Part shown: piece by piece, positions 9,666-21,283 of the stretch | Position numbering within the stretch: the stretch's first letter is position 1 | Layout of the letters: each line of letters begins with the position of its first letter | Assembly (NCBI GenBank): GCA_963784165.1 | Contig: CAWAQI010000001.1 | Span: 381 to 64,380, forward strand | Source: an uncultured Actinomycetota bacterium | GTDB taxonomy: Bacteria > Actinomycetota > Actinomycetes > Mycobacteriales > Geodermatophilaceae | DNA: 64,000 nucleotides | Direction of reading: 5' to 3' | Made by a program: the position numbers and the translations under genes | The notes under the pieces: model-generated | The model's database searches: none | Told to the model about the DNA's origin: nothing | Seen by the model: only the letters and a program-made list of their open reading frames with translations

Positions 9666-10324
9666 CCGCCCCACCCCGGCACTCCGAGCTCGACCTGCCG
9701 CTGGTGCTCACGTCGCTGCTGCGCGGCGTCGTCGAGCAGGACAGCCACCCGCAGGTCTGGAGGCACCTGCTCGGTCTCACCAGCCAGGTGCGCGACCACG
9801 TCGCCCTCCTGGGTCTGACCCTGGTGCTCGACGAGGTGGAGGGCTACGCGTTCCTGCGGTCGCTGCCCGACGAGCAGCTTGCGGAGTTGCGCGCCGGAAA
9901 GCCGGCATTGCCCCGCCTGATCCGCCGGCACGCGCTCACGTACCCGGTCAGCCTGCTGCTCGCCCTGCTGCGCAAGCGGATGGCCGAGTTCGACGCCAGC
10001 AGCGGCGACGTGCGGCTGGTGCTCACCCGTGAGCAGATCGGGGAGATGGTCGGCATCTTCCTGGCGACGGGCGCCAACGAGGCCAGGGTCGTCGAGCAGC
10101 TGGACGGCGCGATCGCCAAGGCGGTCGAGCTCGGCTTCCTGCGACGGTTGACCACCGACACCGGTCGCTACGAGGTGCGCCGCATCCTCAAGGCGTTCGT
10201 CGACGGCCAGTGGCTCGCCGACTTCGACGCCCGCCTGAGGGCCTACGCGTACGGTCCCGAGGGGCCGCCCGACGAGGGCGTCAACCCCGAGCTGACGCCG
10301 GCAGCCGCCGAGGCCGACCGGTGA
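9662..10324 (+). CDS. jetB: Wadjet subunit B (DUF4194)
   Basis: LLRGVV...LVLDEVEGYAFLR...LIRR..LTYPVSLLLALLRK...YEVRRILKAFVD.QWL; ATGA overlap with jetA. Confidence 0.92.
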   Translation: MTAPPRHSELDLPLVLTSLLRGVVEQDSHPQVWRHLLGLTSQVRDHVALLGLTLVLDEVEGYAFLRSLPDEQLAELRAGKPALPRLIRRHALTYPVSLLLALLRKRMAEFDASSGDVRLVLTREQIGEMVGIFLATGANEARVVEQLDGAIAKAVELGFLRRLTTDTGRYEVRRILKAFVDGQWLADFDARLRAYAYGPEGPPDEGVNPELTPAAAEADR

Positions 10325-13300
10325 CCGCCCTGTTCACCGCGGCCGACCTCGCCGATGCGGTGGCGCCAACCGATGGCGCGCGGGCGCGCGTCGGCCACCG
10401 GCTGCAGCGGTTCGAGCTGCTCAACTGGGGAACGTTCGACCAGCGGGTCTGGACGTTCAGCCCCGGCGGCGACGACAGCCTCCTCACCGGTGACATCGGC
10501 TCGGGCAAGTCCACGGTGGTCGACGCGCTCACCACCCTGCTGGTCCCGCCGCAGCGGATCACCTTCAACCGGGCCGCCGGTGCCGAGACGCGCGAGCGCG
10601 ATCTGCGCTCCTACGTGCTCGGCCACTACAAGGCCGAGCGCAGCGAGGCGACCGGTGCTTCCGCTCCGGTGGGGCTGCGTCGCGGCCCCACCTTCACCGT
10701 GCTGCTGGCCGTGTTCGCCAACGAGGGCTACGACACGACGGTGACGCTCGGCGTCGTCCTCTGGCTCGCCGACGGCCAGACCGGTCAGCCGGACCGGTTC
10801 TACGTCACAGCCGAGCGCGACCTCACCATCGCGGGCGACTTCACGGGGTTCGGCGGCGACCCGGCGGCGTTGCGCAAGCGGCTCGTCGCCGGCGGCGCCG
10901 GCGTGCACGACGGCTATCCGGCCTACGCCCAGCGGTTCCGCCGGCTGCTCGACATCCCCTCGCCGCAGGCGCTCGAGCTGTTCGCGCAGACCGTCTCCAT
11001 GAAGGCGGTCGGTGACCTCACCGGATTCGTCCGCCAGCACATGCTCGAGCCGTTTGCCGCGCAGAAGTGGGTCGACACCCTCGTCACCCACTTCGAGTCG
11101 CTGACCCGCGCGCACGACGCGGTCGTCGCTGCCCGCACCCAACTCGAGCAGCTCGATCCCCTCCTGACCACCGCGACCACGTACGAGAAGCTCACCGAGC
11201 GGATCGCAGCACTCGCCGACCAGCGGGAGGCCCTTCCCTCCTTCGTCGCCGGACGAACGGTCGCCCTGCTGGAGGCCGAGGCTCGCGTCGCGGCGGAGCG
11301 GCTGGCCGCGCTCGCCGACGAGCAGGAGCGTCTGGACGACGACATCGCCCGCGGCGGCGACGAGGTCAAGGCGCTGGAACGCGAGCTGGACGGTCAGGGC
11401 GGCGCGCGGCTGCGGGAGATCGACCTGCGCGTCGAGCTGCTGGCTCCGGAGGAGGGGAAGCGCCGCGCGCGGGCGCCGCCTACGCCGCCGACCTGGCCGT
11501 GCTCGGTCTGCCGCCGGTCGACACCGCCGAGGTGTTCGCGGCTCGCCGGCCGCAGATCGCCGAGCTGCACGCCCGGTACGAGACCGATCGCAACGGCCAG
11601 CGGCACGAGGCCGACCAGCTCGCCGTCGACGCCGCCGCGCTGAAGGCCGAGGAGACCGCGCTCAACACCGAGCTGCTCGCCCTGCGCCAGCGGCGGGTGA
11701 ACATCCCCGCCGCCGAGCTGGCGCTGCGCGCCCGGCTGCTGGCGGCCACCGGGCTGACCGAGGCCGACCTGCCGTTTGCCGGCGAGCTGATCCAGGTGCG
11801 CCCCGAGCACGCGGACTGGGAGGGGGCTGCCGAGCGCGTGCTGCGCGGTTTCGGGCTCTCGCTGCTGGTGCCCGACCGGCACTACGTGGCGGTGAGCGAC
11901 TGGGTGGAGCGCGAGCACCTGCGCGGCCGGGTCGTCTACTACCGGGTGCCGTCCCGGCCCGACCCCGTTCGCCCGCCCCGCACCGAGCACCCGCTGGCCG
12001 ACGTGGTGGAGGTGAAGGAGGGGCCGTTCGCGCCGTGGCTGCGCGGCGAGGTGCTGGCCCGCGCCGACCTCGAGCGCGTCGAGACCACCGCGGCCTTCCG
12101 CCGCGCCGAGCGGGCCGTCACCCGGGCCGGGCAGATCAAGGGCGGCCGGAACCGGCACGAGAAGGACGACCGGCACCGATCGACGACCGCCGCAACTACG
12201 TGCTCGGCTGGTCGCCCGAGGCCAAGATCGACGCGCTCCTGGAGGTCGCCGGTGAGCTGGGGCGACGGCGCAAGCAACTCGCGGCCCGCGACGGGGGGCT
12301 GCGGGCAGGGGAGCAGCGGCTGCGCACCCGGGGGAGCGCGCTCGAGCGGGTCACGGGGGTGGACTCGTTCGAGGAACTCGACTGGGCCGGCCTGGTGCGC
12401 CAGATCGACGAGCTGACCGCCGAGCGGAACCGGCTGACGAGCGCCTCCGGCGAGCTCTCGCGCCTGGGAGCGCTGCTCGACGACGCGAACCTCCGCCTCC
12501 GGGGTGCGAGGAAGCGATACGACCAGGTCGTCCGCGCGCTCGGCGCCGCTGACGGCGAGAGGGACCGTGCGCTGGCCGGCGCTGCGTCACGCCGGCAGCT
12601 CGCCTCGCAGGCGCGCGTGGTCCATCCGGGGATCCTCGACGCGCTCGACCGGGCCGCGCCCGATCCAGCTCCGGTCGACGTGGCTGCCTGGGACGCCTGG
12701 GAGAAGGCCCATCTGCAGCAGCTGACCGGCGAGCACGACCAGGCGGGCAACCGGCGGAACACCGTGGCCGGCCGGGTGACCAGCGCCATGCACGACTTCC
12801 GGCTGCGCTGGCCGCTGCTCTCCGGCGAGCTCGACGACGCGGTCGAGTCGATCGGCGGTTACCGCGAACTGCACGGCCGGCTGGTCTCCGACGACCTGCC
12901 GAGGTTCGAGGCCGAGTTCCAGGAGTTGCTGCGCACCAACGCGATCCGCGACATCGCCGGGTTCTACGCCGAGTTGCGCAAGCAGTCCGAGCTGATCGAG
13001 GAGCGGATCGACCGGATCAACGATTCGCTGCGCGGCATCGACTACAACCCGGGGCGCTACATCAGCCTGGAGACCGCGCGGACGCCCAACATGGAGGTGC
13101 GGACCTTCCTCTCGGACCTGCGGGCCTGCACCGACGACGCGCTCGACGGCGACGACCAGAGCGGCGCGTACTCCGAACGGAAGTTCCACCAGGTGCGGGC
13201 ACTGGTCGAGCGATTCCGCGGGCGCGACGGCTCCACCGAGGCCGACCGGGTCTGGACCCAACGGGTCACCGACGTGCGCAACTGGGTGGTGTTCACCGCC

Positions 13301-13750
13301 GTCGAGCGCTGGCGGGACACCGACGAGGAGCACGAGACCTACACCGACTCGGGCGGGAAGTCCGGCGGACAGAAGGAGAAACTGGCCTACACCGTGCTGG
13401 CCGCCTCCCTGGCGTACCAGTTCAAGCTCACCTGGGGCGCCGACCGCGCGAAGGCCTTCCAGATGGCGGTCATCGACGAGGCGTTCGGGCGTGGCTCCGA
13501 CGAGTCCACCCGTTACGCCCTGGCGCTGTTCCGCCGGCTCGGACTGCAGCTGATCGTCGTCACTCCGCTGCAGAAGATCCACGTCATCGAGCACGCCGTC
13601 GCCGCGGTCGGCTTCGTCGACAACCCGACCGGCGCCGGCTCCCGGATGCACACGCTGACCATCCAGGAGTACCGGGCCGGTCGGGCAGCCCGGCTGACCG
13701 ACGCCGATCGGCAGGCTGCCGGGGGCATCGCGGCGACCTCGGCCGGTTGA
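10321..13750 (+). CDS. jetC: Wadjet subunit C, SMC-like ATPase (frameshifts at ~11470 and ~12178, probably sequencing errors)
   Basis: NWGTF, Walker A LTGDIGSGKST, coiled coils, LPFAGELIQV, signature KSGGQKEKLAY, Walker B VIDEAF, spread over three consecutive ORF-track frames. Confidence 0.9.
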
Positions 13751-13751
13751 G

Positions 13752-14944
13752 GTGGCCGGTGCTGGGCGAGCGCGCGGCTGGACGACGTGGCCCGACGCCC
13801 GCGCGGCCCTCCGCGCCCGATGGGATTCCGGCGACTTGCTGCGGGCCCGGCTCACCGGCCGGCCGATCGCCCCGCTGGCGCTGCCGGTGCGCGGTCCCAG
13901 CTCGCGCGAGCTCGCCGACCGGTTCGGAGAGGTCCAGGACTGGGTGTCCGGCTGGCGGGCCACCCGTCTCGGTAGCGCCCGGCTGGAGACCACGGCGCGC
14001 GGCGGGCGCCTGATCGGGAGCAACCAGGTGCCCACGAGGGTCGTCCTCGACACCGAGGACGACGTGTGGAGAGCGTTGGGCGTCGCCGCTGACGTGCGCC
14101 GGTTCGACGAGCTCGTGGCGACGACCGAGGCCGAGCTCCCGGCCGGCTGGGCTGGATCGCCGCGCGACCGCACGAGGCGCTCGCGCACGCCGCCGATTGG
14201 CCACGCATCCTGGCCGTGGTCCGGTGGATCCTGCACCGCGGGGGAGCCGACGTGTACCTGCGCCAGGTCGACGTCCCCGGTGTCGACACGAAGTTCGTCG
14301 AGGAGCGTCGCGGTGTGCTCGGCGCGCTGCTCACCCGCACCCTGCCCGCGGACCGCGTCGACCTCGCCGCACCGGCCACGGACTTGGCGCGCCGGTTCGG
14401 ACTGCGCGCCAAGCCGGGCATGGTGCGGTTCCGCTCGTTCGACCCGGCCGACGGGCCCTACAGCGAGCTCGCTGTCCGAGTGGAGGAGCTGGCCGTCCAC
14501 CCGTTCGCGGCGCGATCGGTGATCATCGTGGAGAACGAGGTGAGCTACCTCGCCTTCCCTCGCGTGCCCGGCGCGGCGGTGGTGCTGGGTGACGGGTATG
14601 CGGTCTCCCGGCTGGCGGCGCTGCCGTGGCTCGCCGAGCGCGACGTCGTGTACTGGGGCGACCTCGACACGCACGGCCTGCGGGCATTGAACCGGTTGCG
14701 ACGATTCGTGCCGGCAGCCCGCAGCATGCTCATGGACGTGCCGACGTTGCTGGCCCATCGGGTGCACTGGTCGCGGGAACCGGTTCCCGTCACCGAGCAC
14801 TTGGCCCTGCTGACCGGCGAGGAACAAGCCGCGTACCAGGTCCTGCTGCGCAACGAGCACGGGGACCAGGTTCGCCTGGAGCAGGAGCGCATCCGGTTCT
14901 CCGCCGTGGAAAGGGCTGTGCACGACGCGTTTCCGTCGGCGTGA
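13752..14944 (+). CDS. jetD: Wadjet subunit D, DUF3322 + DUF2220 Toprim nuclease (frameshift at ~14160)
   Basis: WTT...GP.S..L...F..V..W, YLRQVDVPGVDTKFVE, IVENE, YWGDLDTHG, RLEQERI. Confidence 0.9.
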
Positions 14945-15045
14945 CGGACGTCGGCGTGCTGGGGCGCAGCGGAGCCGAACTTCGCTGAAGCCTTAATGGT
15001 TTTGCGCGCGGGCTGGAACGGGGCCACCAGCCCGAGCGAGGCCGC

Positions 15046-15080
15046 TTGCGTCTGAATTGTACAAATTGTACATTACGTAC
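15046..15080 (+). promoter_or_regulatory. Sigma-70-type promoter (TTGCGT-N17-TACATT) overlapped by tandem TGTACA operator boxes; probably leaderless
   Basis: AATTGTACAAATTGTACATT directly upstream of ATG 15081; locally AT-rich; no RBS. Confidence 0.65.
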
Positions 15081-15356
15081 ATGACTGCGCCGGTGGACAG
15101 GAGTGTCTCGGACGCGCGCCGCGATCTGGCTGCCGTCATCGACGCTGCGAGGGCTTCGCGAGAGCCCGTCTGGATCAGCCGTCGTGGGCGCCGTGTCGCC
15201 GCAGTGATCGACGCTGACCAGCTGCAGCGTCTGCAGGAGCTGGCCGAGGACATGGCGGACATCCTCGATGCCGAGGCCGCGCGACAGGAGATCCGGGAAA
15301 CGGCCGAGGAGCCAGTTCCCTGGGAGCAGGTGAAGGCAGAGCTCGGCTTGTCGTGA
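15081..15356 (+). CDS. Phd/YefM family antitoxin
   Basis: SVSDARRDLAAVID...EPVWISRRGRRVAAVI; acidic C-terminus; GTGA coupling to the toxin. Confidence 0.88.
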   Translation: MTAPVDRSVSDARRDLAAVIDAARASREPVWISRRGRRVAAVIDADQLQRLQELAEDMADILDAEAARQEIRETAEEPVPWEQVKAELGLS

Positions 15357-15616
15357 CCTACACCGTCCGCATCGCGCCCGCGGCGGTGCGCCAGCTGCGA
15401 AAGCTCGATCCCGCCGGCCGGCGTCGCGTGCAGGCGGCCATCGACCTGCTGGCGGGCGATCCGCGGCCGCCCGCGGCTCGGCCGCTCGTCGGCGGAGCGG
15501 GCGAGTGGCGGGTGCGCACCGGTGACTTCCGCATCATCTACGAGATCCACGACGCCGAACTGATCATCCTGGTCGTGAAGGTCGGCCATCGGCGAGACGT
15601 GTACGAACGGCGCTGA
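15353..15616 (+). CDS. relE: RelE/ParE family toxin
   Basis: YTVRIAPAAVRQLRKLD...PRP...WRVRTGDFRIIYEI...VVKVGHRRDVY. Confidence 0.92.
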   Translation: MTYTVRIAPAAVRQLRKLDPAGRRRVQAAIDLLAGDPRPPAARPLVGGAGEWRVRTGDFRIIYEIHDAELIILVVKVGHRRDVYERR

Positions 15617-15668
15617 CCCCACTGGCTCACGGCCGGCCGGCGGGGGACGTCCCGCGTCGAGGCGGGAC

Positions 15669-16709
15669 TCAGTCGCCCGGCACGACCACCGCACGCCCGC
15701 GGATCGAGCCGTCGTGCAGCCTGCGGTAGGCCTCGGGCGCCTCGTCGAGGGAGTACCGCTCGACCTCGACGTGGATCGCGCCGGCCCGCGCCAGGTCGAG
15801 CACCTCCATCAGCTCCGGCCGGGTGCCCCAGTACGGCGCGCGCACCGACGCGCCGAACGGGGTGGAGAAGAAGCCGGTCGGCAGCGTTCCGCCGCCGATG
15901 CCGACGATCTGCACGACGCCGTCCAGCGCCACCGTCTGGCGGGCGATCTCCAGCGTCGCGGGGGAGCCCACGATGTCGAACACCACCTGCGCGCCCACCC
16001 CGCCGGTCAGCGAGCGGATCGCCTCGACGGCCGACTCGTCCGACGGCAGCACGTGGTGCGCGCCCACCTCCGAGGCCAGCTTCAGCTTCTCGTCGCTGAT
16101 GTCGAGCGCGATCACCGTGGCGCCGGTGATCGCGCGCAGGATCTGGATGCCGACGTGCCCGAGCCCGCCGGCGCCGATCACCACGGCGGTGCTCCCCGCG
16201 GGCAGGGCGTGCAGCGACGAGACGATCGCGTGGTACGGCGTCAGCCCGGCGTCGGTCAGCGACACGCTGGCAACCGGGTCCAGCTCGCCGAGCGGCACCA
16301 CGTGCCGGACGTCGTCCACGATCAGGTACTCCGCCAGCGACCCGGGCGCGCCCAGCCCGGGCGGCGCGATGCCCAGCCCCGCCGCGTGCGGGCAGTAGTT
16401 CTCCGCCCCCCGCGCGCACGCGTGGCACAGCCCGCAGCCCCACGGGCCGTAGACGGCGACGGAGTCGCCCACCGCCACGCCGGTCACGCCGTCCCCGAGC
16501 GCATCGACGACTCCGGCGCCCTCGTGGCCCAGGGTCAGCGGCAGCCCGTAGACGTACTGCTCTTCCGGCAGGTCCATGAGAAACCAGTCGGAATGGCACA
16601 GGCCCGCCGCGGTCACCCGCAGCCGGATCTGGCCCGGGCCCGGCTCGGGCGTCGGGATCTCGACCACCTCAGGGCCGGCGCCGATCTTCCGGTACTGCAC
16701 TGCGCGCAT
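15669..16709 (-). CDS. Zn-dependent NAD(P) alcohol dehydrogenase (MDR family)
   Basis: GLCHSD, GHEGAG, structural Zn site CGLCHAC...C, DAGLTPYHAI, GAGGLG. Confidence 0.92.
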   Translation of the reverse strand: MRAVQYRKIGAGPEVVEIPTPEPGPGQIRLRVTAAGLCHSDWFLMDLPEEQYVYGLPLTLGHEGAGVVDALGDGVTGVAVGDSVAVYGPWGCGLCHACARGAENYCPHAAGLGIAPPGLGAPGSLAEYLIVDDVRHVVPLGELDPVASVSLTDAGLTPYHAIVSSLHALPAGSTAVVIGAGGLGHVGIQILRAITGATVIALDISDEKLKLASEVGAHHVLPSDESAVEAIRSLTGGVGAQVVFDIVGSPATLEIARQTVALDGVVQIVGIGGGTLPTGFFSTPFGASVRAPYWGTRPELMEVLDLARAGAIHVEVERYSLDEAPEAYRRLHDGSIRGRAVVVPGD

Positions 16710-16793
16710 GGCGGGACACCTCCGCTGGCCGGGACGACGTCACCAGCAGACCAGGGGCACCTGGGCGCGCACCCGGGGCGTCCGGACCTCGCC

Positions 16794-17899
16794 CTAGGGT
16801 CCGAGGTCCCCGCCACCTCGCACCTGCTCCTGCTGCCCGGCCGAGGCCGGCGAGCTTCCAGTAGGCCACGGCCAGCAGCCACACCCCGACGAACAGCCCC
16901 ACCACGAGGAAACCCACGTGGTTGAGATCCAGCCCGGCCACCCAGCCGCTCAGCGGGTCCCGCCAGCGCAGCTCGTCGTGCAGCACGCCGACGATCTGCA
17001 CCGTGCCGATCAGCAGCGCCACCGCCACCGACAGCCCCGTCGTCGTCAGGTTGTAGAAGACCCGGCGCACCGGCTGCGCGTACGCCCACCGGTAGGCCGC
17101 CGTCATGAACGCGCCGTCGAGCGTGTCGAACAGCGTCATCCCCGACGTGAACAGCAGCGGCAGCACGAGGATCGCGTACCAGGGCAGCCCTGCGGCCGCG
17201 CCCGTGCCCGCCAGCACCAGCAGCGCCACCTCGGTCGCGGTGTCGAAGCCGATCCCGAACAGCAGCCCCACCGGGTACATCTGCGCCGGGTGCCGGATCG
17301 ACCCGAGCAGCGGTCGCAGCAGCCGGTTGAAGAACCCCCGCTTGTCCAGCCAGTCGTCGAGCTCGGCGGGGTCGGCCGACGACCGGCGCCGCCAGAACCG
17401 CGCGATGCCGATCCAGCGCGATCAGGTTCAGCACGCCGATCAGCCAGAGGAACAGCCCCGACACGCTCGCCCCGACCACGCCCAGGCCGTGCCGCACGGC
17501 CGACCCGTCGTCGGTCAGGTCGACCAGGTGCCGCGCCCCGGCCGCCACCCCGACGGCGAGCACGACCACCACCGTCGAGTGCCCCAGCGCGAACCAGAAC
17601 CCCACCGACACCGGACGCCGTCCCTGCGAGAGCAGCCGCCGCGTCGTGTTGTCGATCGCCGCGATGTGGTCCGCGTCGAACGCGTGTCGCACCCCCAGCG
17701 TGAACGCGGTCAGCCCCAGCCCGATCCCGAACACCTGGCCGCCGACGTCGAACTCCGACGGCGCCACCAGGAACAGCAGCAGCGCCCATCCCGCCACCGA
17801 CATCGCCAGCGCGATGCCCACCAGCACCGCGATCTCCCGCCACTCGCGCGGCCCGAGCCGGGCCGCCGGCGGCACCGGGGGAGCCTCGACGACGCTCAC
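16794..17899 (-). CDS. HoxN/HupN/NixA (NiCoT) nickel/cobalt transporter (frameshift at ~17410; 3' end uncertain)
   Basis: Signature [57 protein letters not shown]; GTGA coupling to the upstream gene. Confidence 0.9.
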
Positions 17900-18360
17900 A
17901 GCCCGAGCTCGCTCAGCCCCGGGTGGTCGTCGGGCCGCGGGCCCAGCGGCCAGCGGTAGAGCCGGTCGGCCTCGGGGATCGGCAGGTCGTTGATGCTCGC
18001 GAACCGCCGGGCCATCAGGCCCGCGGAGTCGAACTCCCAGTTCTCGTTGCCGTACGAGCGGAACCAGTTGCCGGAATCGTCGTGCCACTCGTAGGCGAAC
18101 CGGACGGCGATGCGGTCGTCCCCGAACGCCCACAGCTCCTTGATCAGCCGGTAGTCGAGCTCGCGGGCCCACTTGCGGGTCAGGAACTCGACGATCTGCG
18201 CCCGCCCGGTCGGGAACTCCGCGCGGTTCCGCCATCGCGAGTCCTCCGTGTACGCGCCGGCCACCTTCTCGGGATCGCGGGTGTTCCAGGCGTCCTCGGC
18301 CTTGCGCACCTTCGTGATCGCGGCCTCGCGGTCGAACGGCGGCACCGGTGGACGGGTCAT
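17896..18360 (-). CDS. DUF1348 family NTF2/SnoaL-like protein
   Basis: [33 protein letters not shown]...[11 protein letters not shown]...[10 protein letters not shown]. Confidence 0.92.
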   Translation of the reverse strand: MTRPPVPPFDREAAITKVRKAEDAWNTRDPEKVAGAYTEDSRWRNRAEFPTGRAQIVEFLTRKWARELDYRLIKELWAFGDDRIAVRFAYEWHDDSGNWFRSYGNENWEFDSAGLMARRFASINDLPIPEADRLYRWPLGPRPDDHPGLSELGL

Positions 18361-19784
18361 GGTCGGTCCCCTCCTGGGCGAAGTCGGTCGGCCAGGTCCA
18401 GCAGCGCCGACCGGAAGCAGCCGAGCGGCGCCTCGGCCACGCCCGCGCCGATCTGCCCGCTGCCGTCGGCGTTGTGCAGGATCCCGGTGGTCACCTTCGG
18501 CGTGATGCCGTGCTCCACGACCCGCCGGACGTCGACGCCGAGCGGCGTGCCCTGGCCGCCGGCCATCGCGAGAGTGAACCGGCTCGACCGCGCGAAGCAG
18601 ACCCGGTCCAGCTCCGCGGTCAGCTCGGCGGCCGCTGCCGCCCCGCCGACGAGTTGGGCCACCGCCGGTGAGCCCGCCGCGGCCGCGCCGCCCAGCCCGA
18701 CCAGCTCGAGCACCGCCGAGTCGCCGATGTCGGGCGCGCCGTCGTCCGGGCCGTAGCCGGGGTGGAAGAGCGCCCGCCCGACCGGCGGCGCGGGCGAGGT
18801 GAACCACGGTGCGTCCTCGCCGGGCAGCCGGACGCCGTACGTCGTCCCGTTGCGGGCCATCGACGTGACGATCGACGACCCGGTCACCTGCCCGGCCCAA
18901 TCGGTCAGCGTCCGCGCCGCCGCCATCGCCACGGTCAGGAACAGCAGGTGGTTGGCCGACAGGAACCGCGCCACCTCCGACCGCCGCGGGTGCTCCGAGG
19001 CCATCAGCCACGGCAGCAGCGTGCGCAGCAGCAGGTTGCTCGCCGCCTGGGTGCGCACGTGCACGTCGTCGCCCATCGCCACGGCCTGCGACGCCAGCGA
19101 CAGCACGTCCACCGGCTCGTCGCACGCCGCGACCGCCGCCGCCATCAACGGCCCCACCGCCTCGCGCAGGAACCCCAGCCGCTCGATGGCCAGCGGCGTG
19201 TCCCGGCCGAACCACGGCACGTCGCCCGATCCCTGGTTCAGCGGCGCCCACGCCGACAGCCCGGCGTCGGGCAGGTCGACCACCCACACCGGCGTCGACG
19301 CCGTCACCACCGCGGCCATCGGGTTCACCCCGCCGAACGCGTGCGCCGGCGACAGCTCCACCTCACCCGATTCGAGCAGCGAGTCCGCCTCCGGCGCCGA
19401 AATGGCCCAGCCCTCCGCCACCACCGCCGCCCGCATCGACCGGCGGAGCGGATCGCACGCGTCGGGCAGCGACAGCGGGGGACCGGCGTGCAGCAGCAGC
19501 CGCCGCTCGTCCAGCTCCGGCACCACCTCCGAGGCCGCCCGCACACCCCGGAGGACCGGCACGCCGGTGTCCAGCCGCCGCACCACCTCGCGGTTGGCCT
19601 CGTCCACCCGTTCGTTGAGCACTCCCGACAGCAGGCGCAGCGCGGCGAGTGCCTCCCGGTCGCCACCGGCCGGCACCCGCCAGTCCACCTGCACGGCCGT
19701 CCGGCCCTGCGCCCGGACGGCGTCGGCGAACAGCTCCAGCCCGACGTTGACCACGCCCACGGACGACGGCAGCTCGATCGTCAT
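18357..19784 (-). CDS. DUF1116 protein (YlbE/YahG/AllG-like carbamoyltransferase subunit)
   Basis: N-terminal VVNVGL..F...V..QG..AVQVDW..PA.G, LLHAGPP, MGDDVH.R..A, MARNG, DIGDSA..E..GLGG, GQIGAG. Confidence 0.85.
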   Translation of the reverse strand: MTIELPSSVGVVNVGLELFADAVRAQGRTAVQVDWRVPAGGDREALAALRLLSGVLNERVDEANREVVRRLDTGVPVLRGVRAASEVVPELDERRLLLHAGPPLSLPDACDPLRRSMRAAVVAEGWAISAPEADSLLESGEVELSPAHAFGGVNPMAAVVTASTPVWVVDLPDAGLSAWAPLNQGSGDVPWFGRDTPLAIERLGFLREAVGPLMAAAVAACDEPVDVLSLASQAVAMGDDVHVRTQAASNLLLRTLLPWLMASEHPRRSEVARFLSANHLLFLTVAMAAARTLTDWAGQVTGSSIVTSMARNGTTYGVRLPGEDAPWFTSPAPPVGRALFHPGYGPDDGAPDIGDSAVLELVGLGGAAAAGSPAVAQLVGGAAAAAELTAELDRVCFARSSRFTLAMAGGQGTPLGVDVRRVVEHGITPKVTTGILHNADGSGQIGAGVAEAPLGCFRSALLDLADRLRPGGDRP

Positions 19785-21283
19785 GGCCCGGCCCCCTCCG
19801 CCACCTCAGCGGCCCGCTCGACCAGTGCGGTCGAGGCCGCCCGGAAGTCCGACCGCCGCACCTGCGCGAGCTCCGCGAACTCCGTCGCCGCCGCCGAGCA
19901 CGACGCGGCCATGCCCTCGACGACCGGCGGCGCCGCACCGCCGGCCGCCGTCCGCGTCTCGACGATGCGCCGCGGGTCGAGCACCTCCGTGAGGTCCCGC
20001 TCGGCCAGTCCCAGCGGGCGACCGATCAGGTCCGCCGCCGCCGCATCCAGCCGCTCCCCGGTCACGTCGACCCCCCGCAGCCCGGCGGCCGAGGCCTCGC
20101 GCACCGCCACGCCGACCACCTCGTACGCCGTCCGGTAGTCGACGTCGCAGGTCTGCATCACGTACTCGGCCAGGTCGGTCGCCTGCGAGAAGCCCGACTC
20201 CAGCGCCGCCGCCATCCGCGCGGCGTTGACCGTCAGCGTGCGCACCACGCCGGTGGTCAGCCGCGTCGTCCGCAGCGCCAGGTCCAGTGCCCGCGGCACC
20301 TCGCCGTAGGCGTAGATCAGGTTGTCGCTGCGCGCCGACGGGCTCTTGACCACCGCCAGGAAGCCGCTGACCCGGCCGATCAGCGTGCCCGACGCGCCCC
20401 GGATGATCGACAGCGCGTACGGGTTGCGCTTCTGCGGCATGAGGATGCTCGACCGGCTGTACCCGTCGGCCAGCGTCACGTAGTCGAACTCGGACGACGC
20501 CCAGATCTCCAGGTCCTCGGCGAGCTTGCTCTGCGTGCCGACCAGCGAGGCCACCACCGCCAGCACGTCGACCAGCCCGTCGGTCTGCCACATCGCGTCG
20601 CGGGTGTGCTCGATGACCGTGTCGAAGCCGAGCAGCTCGGCCACCGGGCCGCGGTCGTCGAGCAACCGGCTGCCGTTCACGCACCCCGCCCCGCCGGGCG
20701 AGCTGTTGATCCAGGCCAGCGCGTCGACCAGCCGGCGCAGGTCGCGCAGCACCGGATAGGCGAAGGACAGCAGGTAGTGGCCGAACGTGGAGGGCTGTGC
20801 GTGCTGCAGGTAGGTCTGGTCGGGCATCCAGGTGCGGCTGTGCTGCGCCGCCGTCCGCGCCAGGACGTCGGCCAGCGCGGCACCCGCCTCGATCAGGTCG
20901 ACCGCCTGGTCGCGCAGGTGCAGCCGCAGCGCGATCCGCACCGCCTCCCGCCGCGGCCGCCCGGCGTGCAGCCAGCCGGCGTCGTTGCCGAGCTTGGAGA
21001 CGAAGAACCGCTCCCGGCTGTTGTACGGCTCCCCGAACGCCGGGTCGTACGGGAACTCGTCGGGCCGCATCCGGTCGGCCTCGAGCAGCAGCCCGAGCAG
21101 CCGCTGCGCCGCCGCGGCCGGCATCACCCGGCGCGAGAGCAGGTCCAGCACGTGCGCCAGGTCGGCCTGGTTGAGGCCGGCGTGCAGCAGGGGCGCGTCG
21201 GCGTTCTCGAGGTGGAAGCCCGACTCGACCAGCTCCGGCGCCGGCCCCTCGAGCGGCGCGCCCAGCCGGTGCCCCGCCGTCAC
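19781..21283 (-). CDS. Argininosuccinate-lyase-like fumarase-superfamily lyase (XcbC-like candidate)
   Basis: LHAGRPRRE, TYLQHAQP.TFGHY, SSILMPQKRNP, ATDLAEY; divergent from housekeeping ArgH; coupled in the comA operon. Confidence 0.8.
   Translation of the reverse strand: MTAGHRLGAPLEGPAPELVESGFHLENADAPLLHAGLNQADLAHVLDLLSRRVMPAAAAQRLLGLLLEADRMRPDEFPYDPAFGEPYNSRERFFVSKLGNDAGWLHAGRPRREAVRIALRLHLRDQAVDLIEAGAALADVLARTAAQHSRTWMPDQTYLQHAQPSTFGHYLLSFAYPVLRDLRRLVDALAWINSSPGGAGCVNGSRLLDDRGPVAELLGFDTVIEHTRDAMWQTDGLVDVLAVVASLVGTQSKLAEDLEIWASSEFDYVTLADGYSRSSILMPQKRNPYALSIIRGASGTLIGRVSGFLAVVKSPSARSDNLIYAYGEVPRALDLALRTTRLTTGVVRTLTVNAARMAAALESGFSQATDLAEYVMQTCDVDYRTAYEVVGVAVREASAAGLRGVDVTGERLDAAAADLIGRPLGLAERDLTEVLDPRRIVETRTAAGGAAPPVVEGMAASCSAAATEFAELAQVRRSDFRAASTALVERAAEVAEGAGP

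Noticed and set aside
10321-14944. jetC/jetD (and NiCoT, CocE, PfkB, bphP and others) as pseudogenes or programmed frameshifts
   Set aside because: Single-base indels are spread across unrelated genes, motifs are intact, and there are no nonsense substitutions or evident slippery sites; long-read error is the simpler explanation. Needs confirming with reads.
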